64,000 nucleotides of DNA from Azolla caroliniana. Taxonomy: Eukaryota > Plantae > Polypodiophyta. This document shows, piece after piece, positions 48,593 to 61,406 of this stretch. Every line of letters begins with the position of its first letter. Position 1 is the stretch's first letter. The notes below the pieces were generated by a model, which worked only from the letters and a program-made list of their open reading frames with translations, made no database searches and was not told the DNA's origin. Made by a program: the position numbers and the translations under genes. The stretch spans positions 5,084,001-5,148,000 of the forward strand of contig JBHGNT010000022.1 in the NCBI GenBank assembly GCA_043228905.1, given 5' to 3'.

Positions 48593-51563
48593 AAAGAGAG
48601 ATAGAGAGAAATGTTCATTCATTTTTCATTCATTCCCCATAAGGGGTTAAATAGTACAAGAGGGGGTAGATACATTGGGGTGTAGGCCCCCTCGAGCATT
48701 CATACTGGACACTCACTCGCACCTCCTCGTATCCATCCACATGCACACACGTGTGCATGTGTTCACATACGTATCGACTCACAATTACATTTATGCCTCC
48801 TACACATACACAACAACATCATGATAACATTCAACCCTCGATCATCACACTTGACTCTCCGTACATCTCGTACGGGGTAACACAATATGGCACGCCCGTG
48901 GGAAAGTGCCTTGCACGTCGATCCCACATGCCTTGATGATGATATTTCTTCGACCGGAACTTCCATCGGTCCTTTCAACGATCGACTCCCTCGATCGGAG
49001 CGCTTGACTCGAACATCTCCGTCGGTTAGCGACTCTTCTGCGACACGAACATTCTCGTTCTGTCAACTTACGAACTTTGGTAACATCAACGATCGACTCC
49101 CTCGATCGGAGTGCTTGACTCGAACATCTCCGTCGGTCAGTGACTCTTCTGCGACACGAACATTCCCGTTCTGTCGGTTCACGAACTTCGGTAACATCAT
49201 TTGGGTCGTCCAAAAAACGTTGTATGTATGTGTGTTCCTTTTGTTGATTTTGTAAGTTGTGTGTCGATCGCGTCCATTTCTTTTAGGTTCATGAGTTTTC
49301 GACATTTCGTAGGTGCCCTTTGATTTTTTAAAATTTTGACAATGCCATCATGTTTTTCGAAATTCTTTGAATGCCCTTAGGTTTTCAAAACTCCTCGAAT
49401 GCCCCTTATCATTCTCTTTTTCCCTCTTTTTTCTTTTCTTGTTTCCTTCTTTTTCTCTTGCTTCTGTCGTTTCCCTCCTTTCTATCTGTCTGTCTGACTG
49501 TCTTCTCCGATTCCTTCCTTCTTCTTCTTCTTGATTTCTTCTTCTTCAACGTCTCTTTCTTTGTGTTCTCTAGTATTCTTCTCTTGCGTGCTTCCTTCTT
49601 CCATCTTCTTGGTGTTAAACTCTGCTTCTTCTCCTTCTTCTGACATTCTTTTCCTCTTCTTCCTCATTTGGTTCTTCTTGTTTTCTTTTGTAGTTCTTCT
49701 TCCGTTCCTTTCCAGAATTTGTCTTTTTCTACATTTCTCGTTTCTTTCCATTTTTGGTCTATTCCTTGTCTTCTATACTCTGCACTTTCTTCTCTGTGTG
49801 TTCTAGTTCCTTCTTCTATGTCATTTCGTGTCGTTTCTTCCTGCGCTCGTCGACCTGCTGTCCGTCGTTGTCATCGTCTCTGTCGCTTTTTGGTGTCGAT
49901 GTCCCATCGTCTGGCCGTTGTTGTTGCCCTGGCTGTGCATTTCGGCCGTAGTCTCAGTTGCTCTTCGTCTCTGTCCGGCCATCGTCTCGCTGTCTTCGTC
50001 GTTGTCCGGCGGCGTCCGGACCGGCCTCCTCCGTTTCAGCGCCGTTCGGCCACTACGACCACTCTTAGGTCGCTCTCCGGCCTCTCCTCTGTCTCAGTCG
50101 GTGTCCGGTCATCGTCATCATCTTCCGACCATGCGTTTGGTTCGTCGTCCCGGCCGTCTGTCTGTTTCTCCGGCCTTGTCTTGCCCTCGGTCGCACCGAC
50201 TACTCCATCCATTGTCCAGCTATTCCGGCCGATTTCCGAACATTCCGGTCGTTCCTTCCACTCTTCGGCCGATGTCTGGCTGTCGTTCTGTATTTGTCCG
50301 GCCCTGTCCACCGACTCCATCTCCATCTCTAGTTGTCTCTGCCCGTCCTTCTCTGTCTTTGTCTGGTCATTTTGTGTCGCCGACTCCGTTATTGTCTCTA
50401 TTAGTTTCCGTCCGTCTCCATTCCCGTCTCCATCTCTATCGCTTCGTCTATTGCTGTGTGTGTTTGTCCGGCCCCGCCGTTGTTGTCGGTTGTCGTCATT
50501 GTCCGGCGTCTCTGTCTATCTGGCCCTGTCCGGTCATCATCGTTTCCATTTGTCGTTGTCGTCGGCTTTGTCAGCCTTATTCGGCCAGTCTGCAGTTGGC
50601 CGTCTGTTTTGGCCGAGGTTCGTCGCTTGGCCGCTTTGTTCAGTCATCATCCGGTTGTCGTTCTGTCGTTGATGTCTGACGGTTGTCTTTCCGTCCATCA
50701 CTTTTCAGCGTCACTGTCGTTGTTTCGGTCATCTACTCCGGTAGGCTTTCCGGTTGCCGTCCGGCCATTACGGCTGCTTCGGTGCTAACCAACTCTAGTT
50801 CTAGTTCCGACTCTCTCCACAATGCTTCTTTTGGACACTGTGAACACTTCCGATTCCGGTCCTGTGCATTCTCAGCACATCCTGCCGGCCTCCGCTCCAC
50901 ACATTGCGTCTTCCTCCGCAGTCTCCTGGTGAGCATCTCTTTCCGGTAGTGCTGGCACCGGCTCCCTTCTAACTGGAGTTTTTGTGTCGGTTCTTGCTCC
51001 ATTGTCCGTCTGGCCGTCTTTCTAGTTACTTGTCTCCGTCTTTCTGGTGTTCTCTCGCACCATGCTTTCTTGCACACACACATTGCTAACTGCAAATTTG
51101 CACATATGTTGCCATTCTCGCACACTCACAATGCGGCTCGTACATTTTTGGCAACATTTCTCGGACATTTATGACAAAAACAGACCAAATAAAACACACA
51201 TATATAGAGATTAATTTGTTGTAGAATTGTATGGCAATCAATCTTCCATTCCCGATTTCTTTCGCACATAATCGTAGCGTTTTGCTGCATTTCATTGTTG
51301 CCATGTCTCTGTTGCGTATTAGTCTTCGACTTCATCTCCAAAAGGGGATCCCATCGTGGTCGCCAAATGGTGTTATACGTTTTAGGGTTAGGGTATGATA
51401 ATGATAAAGATAGGAATAGGGCTAGCAATGATGGTAGATTGATAATGAATGTGTGATGATGAGAGAGGACGTGAAGAACAAGACAACCATTGAGAAGCAT
51501 TGTGGGGTGGGGGGTGGTGCCTAGAATGGCTCCACCCCCCTCCCAAGGGGTTCAATGTTGAGG

Positions 51564-51600
<37 letters not shown>

Positions 51601-51682
51601 AAAGAGAGATAGAGAGAAATGTTCATTCATTTTTCATTCATTCCCCATAAGGGGTTAAATAGTACAAGAGGGGGTAGATACA
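48367..51682 (+). mobile_element. Non-coding LTR element (Tat/Ogre-like) with tRNA-Arg-related sites next to both LTRs; right LTR truncated
   Basis: LTR 48367-48882 (TGTTA...TAACA); second copy 51371-51682; tggcacgcccgtggga at 48888; tcccatcgtggtcgcca at 51349-51365; internal ~111-bp duplication at 48976-49198 and pyrimidine-rich low-complexity DNA. Confidence 0.75.
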
Positions 51683-52008
51683 TAATACTTGATCCCATCT
51701 TCCCTACGGAAGCCATAATACTCATATAACCATAATCTCTTATGAAAGCCAAGAACCCTAAATCTCTATGGAATCCATATCTTAGTTTCTTCTAATCTAT
51801 TATTCTAGCAATCTCCTTAAGATAAAACTTTTGTAATCTCAATCTTGAGATTGATTGTAATCTTTCTTTTATGTTATTAATGAAATTTGTGAATCTTTAT
51901 CATTTTGTATTAATTGTTTAATATAATCATACGAATCTGATATCTTCCGGTCAGAGGCCTCGGGGTCCTGCCTCAAAGTTCACGTATCCTCGTCGTATTT
52001 TCGCGACA
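51683..52008. repeat. Probable fragment of another LTR
   Basis: AT-rich segment ending ...ttttcgcgaca (gypsy-like terminus), after which copia B sequence resumes. Confidence 0.45.
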
Positions 52009-54700
52009 ACGGTTCACGGTATTGATGAGTCGGATCGGAGCGGATCCGACTCCGGAAAGGAAAATGACGGTTCTTCGGCACCGAAGACCGAATAGCCAAG
52101 AAGGGGCCGCAAACCGGGTAACGGTGGGTTACGCCGGTCAACCCGACAGAAGGAACTTGTTAAGCGGTACGGGTACAATGAGTACATGGCGCATCACTAT
52201 GCGTACATGACCAAGGTGGTGGAAGTGCGTGAGCCGGAGAGCTACGTAGAAGCGGCAAAGGATGCACATTGGCGTGCCGCTATGGAAGAAGAGATGCGGG
52301 CACTTGATGCCAACGATACATGGGACCTGGTTGACCCTCCCCGTCACAATAAACCGATCGGATGCAAGTGGGTGTACAAGGTAAAGTACAACGCCGACGG
52401 TTCAGTTAACTGGTACAAGGCCCGATTAGTGGCAAAGGGATACGCACAGACCCACAGAATCGACTACGACGAGACCTTCGCGCCAGTAGTGAAGATGATG
52501 ACGGTTCGTGTGGTGCTGGCGGTTGCAGCGGTAAGGGGGTGACATCTTCACTAGATGGATGTGAAGAATGCATTTCTTCAAGGAGATCTTGAAGAAGAGG
52601 TCTTTATGATACAAACCTCTGGTTTCCAGACGGAGATGAACAAGTCGATGGTATGGCGGCTGAAGAAGTCACTTTATGGCCTGAAGCAAGCCCCCCGAGC
52701 ATGGAATGCGAAGATCACGCACCGGTTGCGTAAGATGGGGTTTGCGGCCTCCAAGTCCGACTCGTCGTTGTTCATCCGGCAAGGTCCGGACGGTCCGGTT
52801 TGCATCTTGTTGTACGTTGATGATCTGGTCATCACCGGACCTGGACTCGATGAAATCAGCCGAGTCAAGTCCTAACTGTCGGATGCGTTTGAGATGAAGG
52901 ACCTGGGGGACCTTCACTATTTCCTTGGGATCGAGGTGATCCGAACCCCCGACGACATATTTCTCTCACAAAGGCACTATGTGTTGAATATGCTATACAA
53001 GTTTGGCATGACGGAATGCTGACCTATCTCTACTCTCCTGAACCGGAACCAGAAGCTTCGTCCCAACTCCGGACTGGCCTGTGATGAGAAAAGGTTCTGA
53101 CAAATTGTCGGAAGCCTTATATATTTGACCATCACCCGACCCGACATCAGCTATCCGGTCGGTGTTATTAGCCAATTCATGTAGAAGCCGACCGTAGAGC
53201 ATCTTTAGTGTGCGCACAGAATACTGCGGTATGTAAGCGACACGAAGGACCGAGGACTGTTCTACCGGTGTGGTATAACCGAAGAGCTGGTCGGTTACAC
53301 AGATGCCGACTGGGCCGACGATGCATCAGATCGCCGATCAACCTCCGGTTATATGTTTTCCCTAGGTAGCGCGACTGTTGCATGGAGCAGCAAAAAGCAG
53401 CCAACAGTTGCTCTGTCGAGCATCAAGGCTGAGTATTAGGGCGCTACCATTGCCACCTGTGAAGCCATTTGGCTTCGGCGACTATTGCAAGACCTATGGA
53501 TTGAGGTACCGACCCCGATTCTGATCTACTACGACAACATAAGCAACATCCAGCTCGCCAAGAACCCCGTATTCCATGCTCGCACAAAACACATAGAAGT
53601 GCACTATCACTTCGTGCGTGAGCATGTCCTGAGCGGTGAGGTCGAACTTCGGTATGTACACATGGATCGGCAAGTTGCCGACATCTTCACCAAACCACTC
53701 GGATCAGACAAGTTGCAGCACTTCACCGAAATGCTTGGTGTTCAGCATCTCGACGTGCCACACTTGAGGGGGAGAACGGGCAAAGACACCAGAATGGGCA
53801 AAGGCAAAGAGACTACCGATTGCTTCGGAGAGGGAAGAACCGATGAAGGGAGAGTCAAGAAGAAGAAAGGAGCGGAGTTGACAAAGGAAGTCGACACATC
53901 CGAACAAGTCGGAACAAGCGGCAGAGTCAAGAAGGACAGAGCCGACCGGAAGAAGAAGGCCAAGACCCGGACATGGTCCAATGTGGTGAAGAGCCTGGAA
54001 CTAGAAGCCGAATCAGGAGCAACCGATTCGGACAAGAGCTGGAATGAATCGAAGACAGTCGATTCGGTTCAATAGACAGATTTGGAAGGACCGGATCAAT
54101 TCAAGGCCAAGAGGACGAGAGGGCAACAAAAGTCAATGCCATCACGAAGGAATCGGCGAACCGGCACGCACCGAAGTCACAACAACGAGGGAGTTGAATT
54201 GGGCCTGTTGAGCAGACAAGCCGACCGAGGAGGTCAAGGTGCGCAAAACAAGAGGGGTCGCGGCAAACAGAACCGGACCGGACGAGGAGCGCGAGCAAGG
54301 CGGAGTGACGCCAGAAGGAGCCCGGCAGAAGGACCGGTTGCCACAGACGTTGACACTACGAATGGACCTCAAGTTGAGCTTGAGGAGGAGTGTTGAGCGG
54401 CAAGCTCAATTGGAGCCGGATCAGCTTGATAAGCCCGAGCCGGTGAGCGAGACGGCTCGGTGAGCCGGTGAGCACCCGGTGAGCTGGGGAGTCGGTTAGC
54501 TGGATCCATCAGTAACTGGAAGCCTAGTAGCAGCTAGACTACTAGGGAGCTATTATTGTCGTAGTTAGTGTCAGACGCTTGAGTGAGCATTGAAGTACAC
54601 AGTACTTCTGTCAGTCCGTATGGACTTGTATAAAAGTGTTCGCTGAACACATACGATGTACAGAGTGTTGACATAATTTTTGAATAGTGATTCTTGTTTT

Positions 54701-54750
<50 letters not shown>

Positions 54751-57700
54751 CCGCTTACTGTTAAGTTCTCCATTAAACCTGTTCTCTATTTTTCTATTTT
54801 CTATTTTCTATTGCTTCTGCACGTTATTTGTTTTTACAAAATATTTATACAATACAATACAATACAATACGTTTTCTGTTTCTCCCTCTCTCTCTCTCTC
54901 TCTCTCTTCTTTCTCTCTCTCTTTCTTCTCTCTCTTTCTTCTTTTCCCTACATGGTATCAGAGCCAAACGATCTATAACCTATAGTCTATGCCTCTCTTA
55001 AATCACAAAACACATGCCCCCATCATAATTTAACTTTCATGCCCATATGAAAATAATCATATTCATAGTGTCCAAGATTGTCAAATAACGAAAGGCAATT
55101 TTGTGTTTGCCGTGCATTGATCCGGACAACCCTCTCCAATAATGGCACAATCTATGTTGTCGTCGCAACTCAACATGCGAAAATTCACGATCGAGAAATT
55201 ATCAGACACAAATGATCGAATTTGGAAGGCAGATTAGAATTACTTTTTAAATATAATAAAGTATGGGACATAATTTCAGGATTGTTGACCAAACTTGAAA
55301 AAGGCGAAGAACTTCAAGAATATGAAGAAAAAGACTTGTGTGCAAGAATGGAAATTCTAATGCACGTAAGTGATGGCACCGGAGAAACATTGCGAAAAAT
55401 GGAGACGGCTCATGAAATGTGGAAGCACTTACAAACTATCTACGAGCCGAAAAACGATGCCCAACAAGCCCATACACTTCAAGTGCTTGTTAATTACAAA
55501 ATGAATGACGAACAACCGGTTGGCAAATTTCTATTAATATGGCAAAAGAAATTAGATGATGTGTTAACTTCTGGATTAGAAATCCATGATAAATTACAAA
55601 AGATTCTCCTTCTTGGTGCTCTTGCTCACTCGTGGTCCACTTTCAGAACCACCCAAAACTCTATAAATTGTTTCACGCTAATTGATCTTCTTGCAAACAT
55701 TGGATAGGAGGAAACAATGCGTTCACAAAGGTCTTCAAATTCAACTCCAAGTGTGGCAATGGTAGCATACAAGAACAAAAGGTACAAGAGGACAAAGCTG
55801 TGGATAAAGAAAGATCAAAACACAAAACAAGGAGGAATGCGGTTCAACAATACCTGTTGTAAAATAGCAAACGTACAAATCATGCAACAAAAGATTGTTG
55901 CGCAAAGTCAAATTTCAAGAGTTATCAACCATGGAAGCGTGTACAAGCCCATCTTGTTGAAGAAGAGATGGATGATGAAAATGTCATAGGAGATGGATAT
56001 CAAAATGGTGACAAATATGACGATGTCCTTCAAGCATTCATTGCGGAATCACTTTCCGCGACGATTCCAAATCCAAGTAATGTAAATGACATATGGTATC
56101 TCGACACTAGTGCTACTAACCACTTAACTAATAGAAAAGATTGGTTATGTAACTATAAGGAAGTTGAACCTCCTATCATTGTCAGATTTGGAAATAATGG
56201 GACTAAACAAGCTATTGGCAAGGGTGATATTACTTTTGAAGTCATAGGAGGAAGACATTTCACAATCAATGAAGTTCTCTATGTCCCGGGCATTACTAAA
56301 CATTTGTTATCGGTTAGTCAAGCAATGACAAATGGTACTATCATTGAATTTCATCCTAACCATGCTATTATTAAACATAAAGCCTCAAATGGAGAACTTA
56401 TTAGAACATGTTGTAAATGAGAAGGAGGCTTATAACCCATAAAATGTATTCCTACATCTCTTATTTTAGAAGCACATCATACTACCCCAGTACAATCCTC
56501 CATATCTTTAACCAATCTTCATTCTCCTTCTTCTCTTTGGCACTTTCATCTAGGTCATATGCATTTCAATGCTCTAAAAACATTACAATGTAATAATCTA
56601 GTCCATGGTTTGCCAAAACAACCTTTCAAGCCCATCTCTTTATGTGAAAGTTGTATCCTTGGGAAAATGCCCCAACAATTCTTCCCAAAGCATAGATCTA
56701 GAGCCACTACCCCTCTTGCATTAGTACATAGTGATCTATGTGGACCTTTTCCAACCCCTTCTCTTAGTGGAGCCAAATATTTCATTAGCTTTATAGATGA
56801 CTTTAGTCGATTTACAATCTTGCATTTTCTCAAGTACAAAAGTCAAGCTTATCAAGCATTCAAAGAATACATGGCTCGAGTCGAAGTGCAAACATCATCA
56901 AAGATTAAAAGTCTTCAAACTGATGGTGGTGGTGAGTATGTCTCATGAATTTCAAATTTTATATCAAAATGAAGGCATACATCATAGAATATCAACACCA
57001 CACACACCACAACAAAATGGTGTATCTGAAAGGAAGAATAGGTCACTTCTCAATATGGCTCGGAGTATGTTACAATTTTCTCACTTATCACCTCAAATTT
57101 GGGAGGAAGCAGTTGGCACCGCTTGCTATATTTAGAATCGAGGATTTCATAGATCTTTGGGGCTCCAAACCCCTTATGAACTATGGCATGGTCACAAACC
57201 TAACTTAAGTAACCTTCGTATTTTTGGTTGTGATGCTTATGCTTTTGTGCCAAATGTTCAAAGAAATAAGCTAGATCCAAGGGCTACAAAATCAATTTTC
57301 ATCGGATATGGAGAAGCTTCGGGATACAAGGCGTACAAGCTCTACGATCCACAAAAGCGAAGAATATTCTTTAGTCGCAATGTGATATTTCAAGAAAATG
57401 GGTTTTCTACAAAGGTTTCTTCTTCACTCTCTTCTAATCTACCTCCTTTATTACCTACCCCTACCTACCTACAACTACCTTCCTCAACCATCTCTAATAT
57501 TAATAGCTCTCATATTGAAGGAGCCAACATTAGCTCATCCTCTACTTCCACTATTTGTGTTGCTCTTCCATCTATTCACAAGGCAAAGAACAATCCTACT
57601 CAACCGACTAATTCCTCTTCTCATCTTCCCTCATTCCAATCTCTAGATGATTCTCTTCCTCATACTCCTTTAAATACACATTGTTTAACTCCCTCTAATA

Positions 57701-59691
57701 ATACAAATAATGTTATCTTCTCAACTCCCTCTCCTAATCCTTCATTCCAAGCATCATCACCAACTTCTCCACCAACCTCTCCACCTCCAAAGTATAGATC
57801 TCTAAATAGTATTTATGAACAAATTGATCAAATGGAAGCACATTTTGTGGACTTGGACCATGAGGCTTATATACAGGAAGAAGATATTCCAAACCTTAGT
57901 GATGACACAAATCTATCGGCCAAAGATGCACTTTCCGGATCGGATTCTATCAAATAGAGAAAGGATATGGAAGAAGAAATGAAGGCTTTAATTAAAAATG
58001 GTACGTGGACCCTCATTGAGCCTCCAAAAGATCGTCAAATAATTGGTTCTAAATGGGTCTTACGCATCAAGCGAGATAGTAATGGTAATCCAATTCGCTT
58101 TAAGGCTCGTGTAGTTGCTCGAGGATTTTCTTAAGTACCAGGTATTGATTTTCAAGATACATTTATTCCAACGCTAAAAATATGTGGTTTTCGAATGTTC
58201 GTTGCTCTTGCCACTCAACATGATCTAGAGTTGCATCACTTGGATGTACAAACGACTTTTCTTCATGGAGATTTAGATGAAGAACTTTATTTACAACAAC
58301 CACAATTTTTTGAAGATCCAAGTCATCCAACACATGTTTGGTCGACTTCGTAAATCTATTTATGGCCTTAAGCAATCTCCACGCATATGGTATCACAAAC
58401 TACACTCTTTTCTTATAAAGTTGGATATCATCGTCTAAACAATGAGCCAAATATATATGTTAGAAAAGACAAATCCAATTTTGTTATCATAGGTGTCTAT
58501 GTTGATGATTTGCCCTTGATCTCTAATTCTAAATCTTATCTAGCTATTGCAAAGAAGGAACTTGCATATGTCTTTCCTATCACCGATTTAGGCCCTATGA
58601 CACATTTTCTTGGCATCAAAGTAACTCAAAATAGAACAAATCATATTATCTCATTATCACAATCAAACTATATTAATTCTATTCTCCAAAGATTTGATAT
58701 GCTTCATAGTAAACCTATTAGTACTCCTCTTACCTCTCCATGTAAACCTTCAAATGATGATTCTCCCAAAAATGAATGAGAAATTTCCGGAATGAAGGAT
58801 TTACCCTATAAACAAATCCTTGGGTGTATAAGATATCTAGTAAGTTGCACACGTCTCGATATTTGCTTTGCCGCCGGTTTTCTTTCTCATTTCATGGCTA
58901 ATCCAGGACCAAAGCATTGGATCGCGCTCAAAAGATTACTACGATACTTGAAGCATACTCAACATTATGCGTTGACTTACTCGGCCACACAATTTGAGTC
59001 AACCACACTTGTGCAAGGATGGACAAATCCCACTAGCCAACTAATTGGTTGGTCGGACTCAGATTGGGGGGGAGATGTGGACGATCGCAAGTCAACAGGT
59101 GGCTATGTTTACACACTCGCTGGTGCTGCAATTTCGTGGAAGTCGAAGAAACAAAATACCGTAGCATTGTCATCCACCGAAGTTGAAAATGTTGCCGCGG
59201 CTTTAGCGGCTAAAGAAGGCATATGGATTAAAGCTATGCTTGAAGAATTTAAACTATTTACTATTCCAACAATGACTTTGTTTTGCGATAATCAATCTTG
59301 CATCAAGTTAGCCAACAATCCGAAGATGAGCGACAATATACATCATGTGGACTTAAAACATCATTTTCTTCGCGATCTCATTGAAACAAAGAAGATAGAG
59401 TTAAAGTTTGCTCCCACTCATCAAATGTGGGTTGAGTTTTTAACGAAACCTCTTCAACATTCTAAGCACATTATTTGTTGCAAGAAAGTTGGATTAATTG
59501 ATGTAATCGAAGACAAGGATGAAAATCTACTCTTCTAGAAATTTTCGCTTAGGGGGGAGTGTGGAAAATAATAATAATTATAAGAGAAAAAATTAATAAA
59601 TAAATATTAGTAACCATATCGGTGGTGGTCTTATAAAGCCACCACCAATGATGTAATAGTTAAGGGAATTATTATAATACAATACGTTGTC

Positions 59692-59733
<42 letters not shown>

Positions 59734-59775
59734 TTCTATCTATCTTTCTTCTCTCTTTCTCTTCTTTTCCCTACA

Positions 59776-60761
59776 GAATGGCCGGTTGAGGTCCTGTCCC
59801 ACGACGATGGCACCATCAACATCGAAGCACTTTCTTTACTAGTCCACTTCTTCGCGTCCAAGGGCCATCCCATCATCGTCAACTTCAACTACGACACCAC
59901 GTTCAAGGGCTCATACGACAACGTTGCGAGGGCCAGCGAAGTGCTCATGCCCATCCTCAAGAAGCACGGGTTGTACGAGAGGGAGGTGCACTGGAATGAG
60001 AAGGACCCCAATGTGTTCGACATTTGGACTGGGTCTGGTTCCATGTGGACGGCGCGTTCGGGGTGACGTTCATGCCGTACGTGGAGAAGGTGTACAACAA
60101 CCCCGACGGGCCCCTCATCGACAAGAAGGGACCGATCTTCGATTTCCGGCTGCCGATTGTGCACTTGATCTCGACCAGTGGACACAAGTAGCTTGGGGCG
60201 CCCATGCCCACGGGGGTGTTCATGACGAGGATCAAGTATCAGATGAATCCGCCCGACATGCCCGAGTATATAGGGATGCCCGACACGACGTTCGCGGGGT
60301 CCCACAACGGCATGTCGGCAATGGTCTTGTGGGAGAACCTCGAGCGCCACTCGCTATAGAACCATATCAAGAAGGCACTGTGCCAACTAAAGCTAGCAAC
60401 CACAATTGAGGCCATGCTCCGGCATCTCCAGGACATCCTCAACACGGACCTGCTAGTCGCGCGCTCCGAGCTCTCGCTCACCATTCACTTCCGGCAAGCC
60501 AACAACTACCTGTGCAAGAAGTATTCGTTGTCCAACGAGGCAATCGACGGGAATCATTACTCACACATCTTTATCATGGAGCACGTGACTGAGGAGCTTC
60601 TCAATGAATTCATTGAGGATCTGAAGGTTTCCGGTGCCTTCGTGGTGCCCACCCCCGAGGCTTCCGAGTCTATGGTCATTAGCAACATTGCCAAAGACAA
60701 GGGTCTTGTTGTGCCTTCTTGCAACTGCCTGCATTTGATTTCCATAGCTAGGCTAGGCTAA
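59776..60761 (+). pseudogene. Partial duplicate of the decarboxylase (3' 890 bp plus a different, probably ancestral C-terminus)
   Basis: 59776-60664 aligns with 43176-44065; 1-bp deletion near 60033, TGG>TAG right after the PLP lysine codon (~60189) and a second stop near 60356. Confidence 0.93.
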
Positions 60762-61247
60762 ACGTACTATAATTGCATCTATCTATCCATCTCTTAGTAG
60801 CTTGCTTGCTTGCTAGTATCATCATGCATGTATAACATTGTAGCTCCATCATGCACTCATTGCTTTTGATTTTGAATGGACCATCTAGTTTCTTACTTAA
60901 AAATTGCAGAAACGGTCTCCTTAAACCCTAATGTTTGAAATTGCGCGCTATTTACTTTTAGTTCCTCTTCCACCTTTCCATACTAGTGCTGCGATTGACT
61001 CTTTTGGTAAGCATGACAAATCTATCGTCACAAACCTTTTTGGCATCTTGCATTCCATATACACATATCTATTGTACCTCTCATAGATCGATTGATCCAT
61101 CGAATGGAGGGTGTACAAGAAAATGTACTTGAGTAGAAGAGATTTTAATATAGCATGCCTTATCTAGATAAAGAGATAGATCACAAAGAAGACGTTGAAA
61201 TATCACTTTGCTCCCAACACAACACCTTTCTATAGGAAAAGAAAAGG

Positions 61248-61278
<31 letters not shown>

Positions 61279-61406
61279 AGAAATAAAGATATATTAACAT
61301 CTTTTTAGACAAGATTTGGCCCATGAGAGAGAGGGAGACAGAGGGAATGAGGGAAAACAATCATATTATGATCATCACCCTAATTGTTACAACAGACGGT
61401 GGTGGC

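Larger units (their letters stand above)
47714..54838 (+). mobile_element. Ty1/copia element B inserted in the LINE; gag-integrase region largely missing
   Basis: LTRs 47714-48194 and 54391-54838; TSD AAATA; PBS tggtatcagagc at 48195-48206; RT and RNase H remnants at 52186-53770. Confidence 0.9.
44066..59775 (+). mobile_element. Ty1/copia element A; 5' LTR split by a LINE (44066-44229 + ~54860-54952), internal region 54953-59559, 3' LTR 59560-59775
   Basis: 44066-44229 aligns with 59560-59690; both LTRs end cttttccctaca; PBS tggtatcagagc at 54953-54964; PPT aggggggag; decayed gag, protease (WYLDTSAT), integrase, RT (YVDDL) and RNase H. Confidence 0.82.

Noticed and set aside
49668-50679. 334-aa and 283-aa ORFs inside the non-coding LTR element
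   Set aside because: The strand is A-poor and pyrimidine-rich, so it lacks stop codons by composition; no recognisable domain.
60414-60761. Independent 115-aa gene
   Set aside because: It is the residual open 3' part of the decarboxylase pseudocopy, downstream of two stops and a frameshift.
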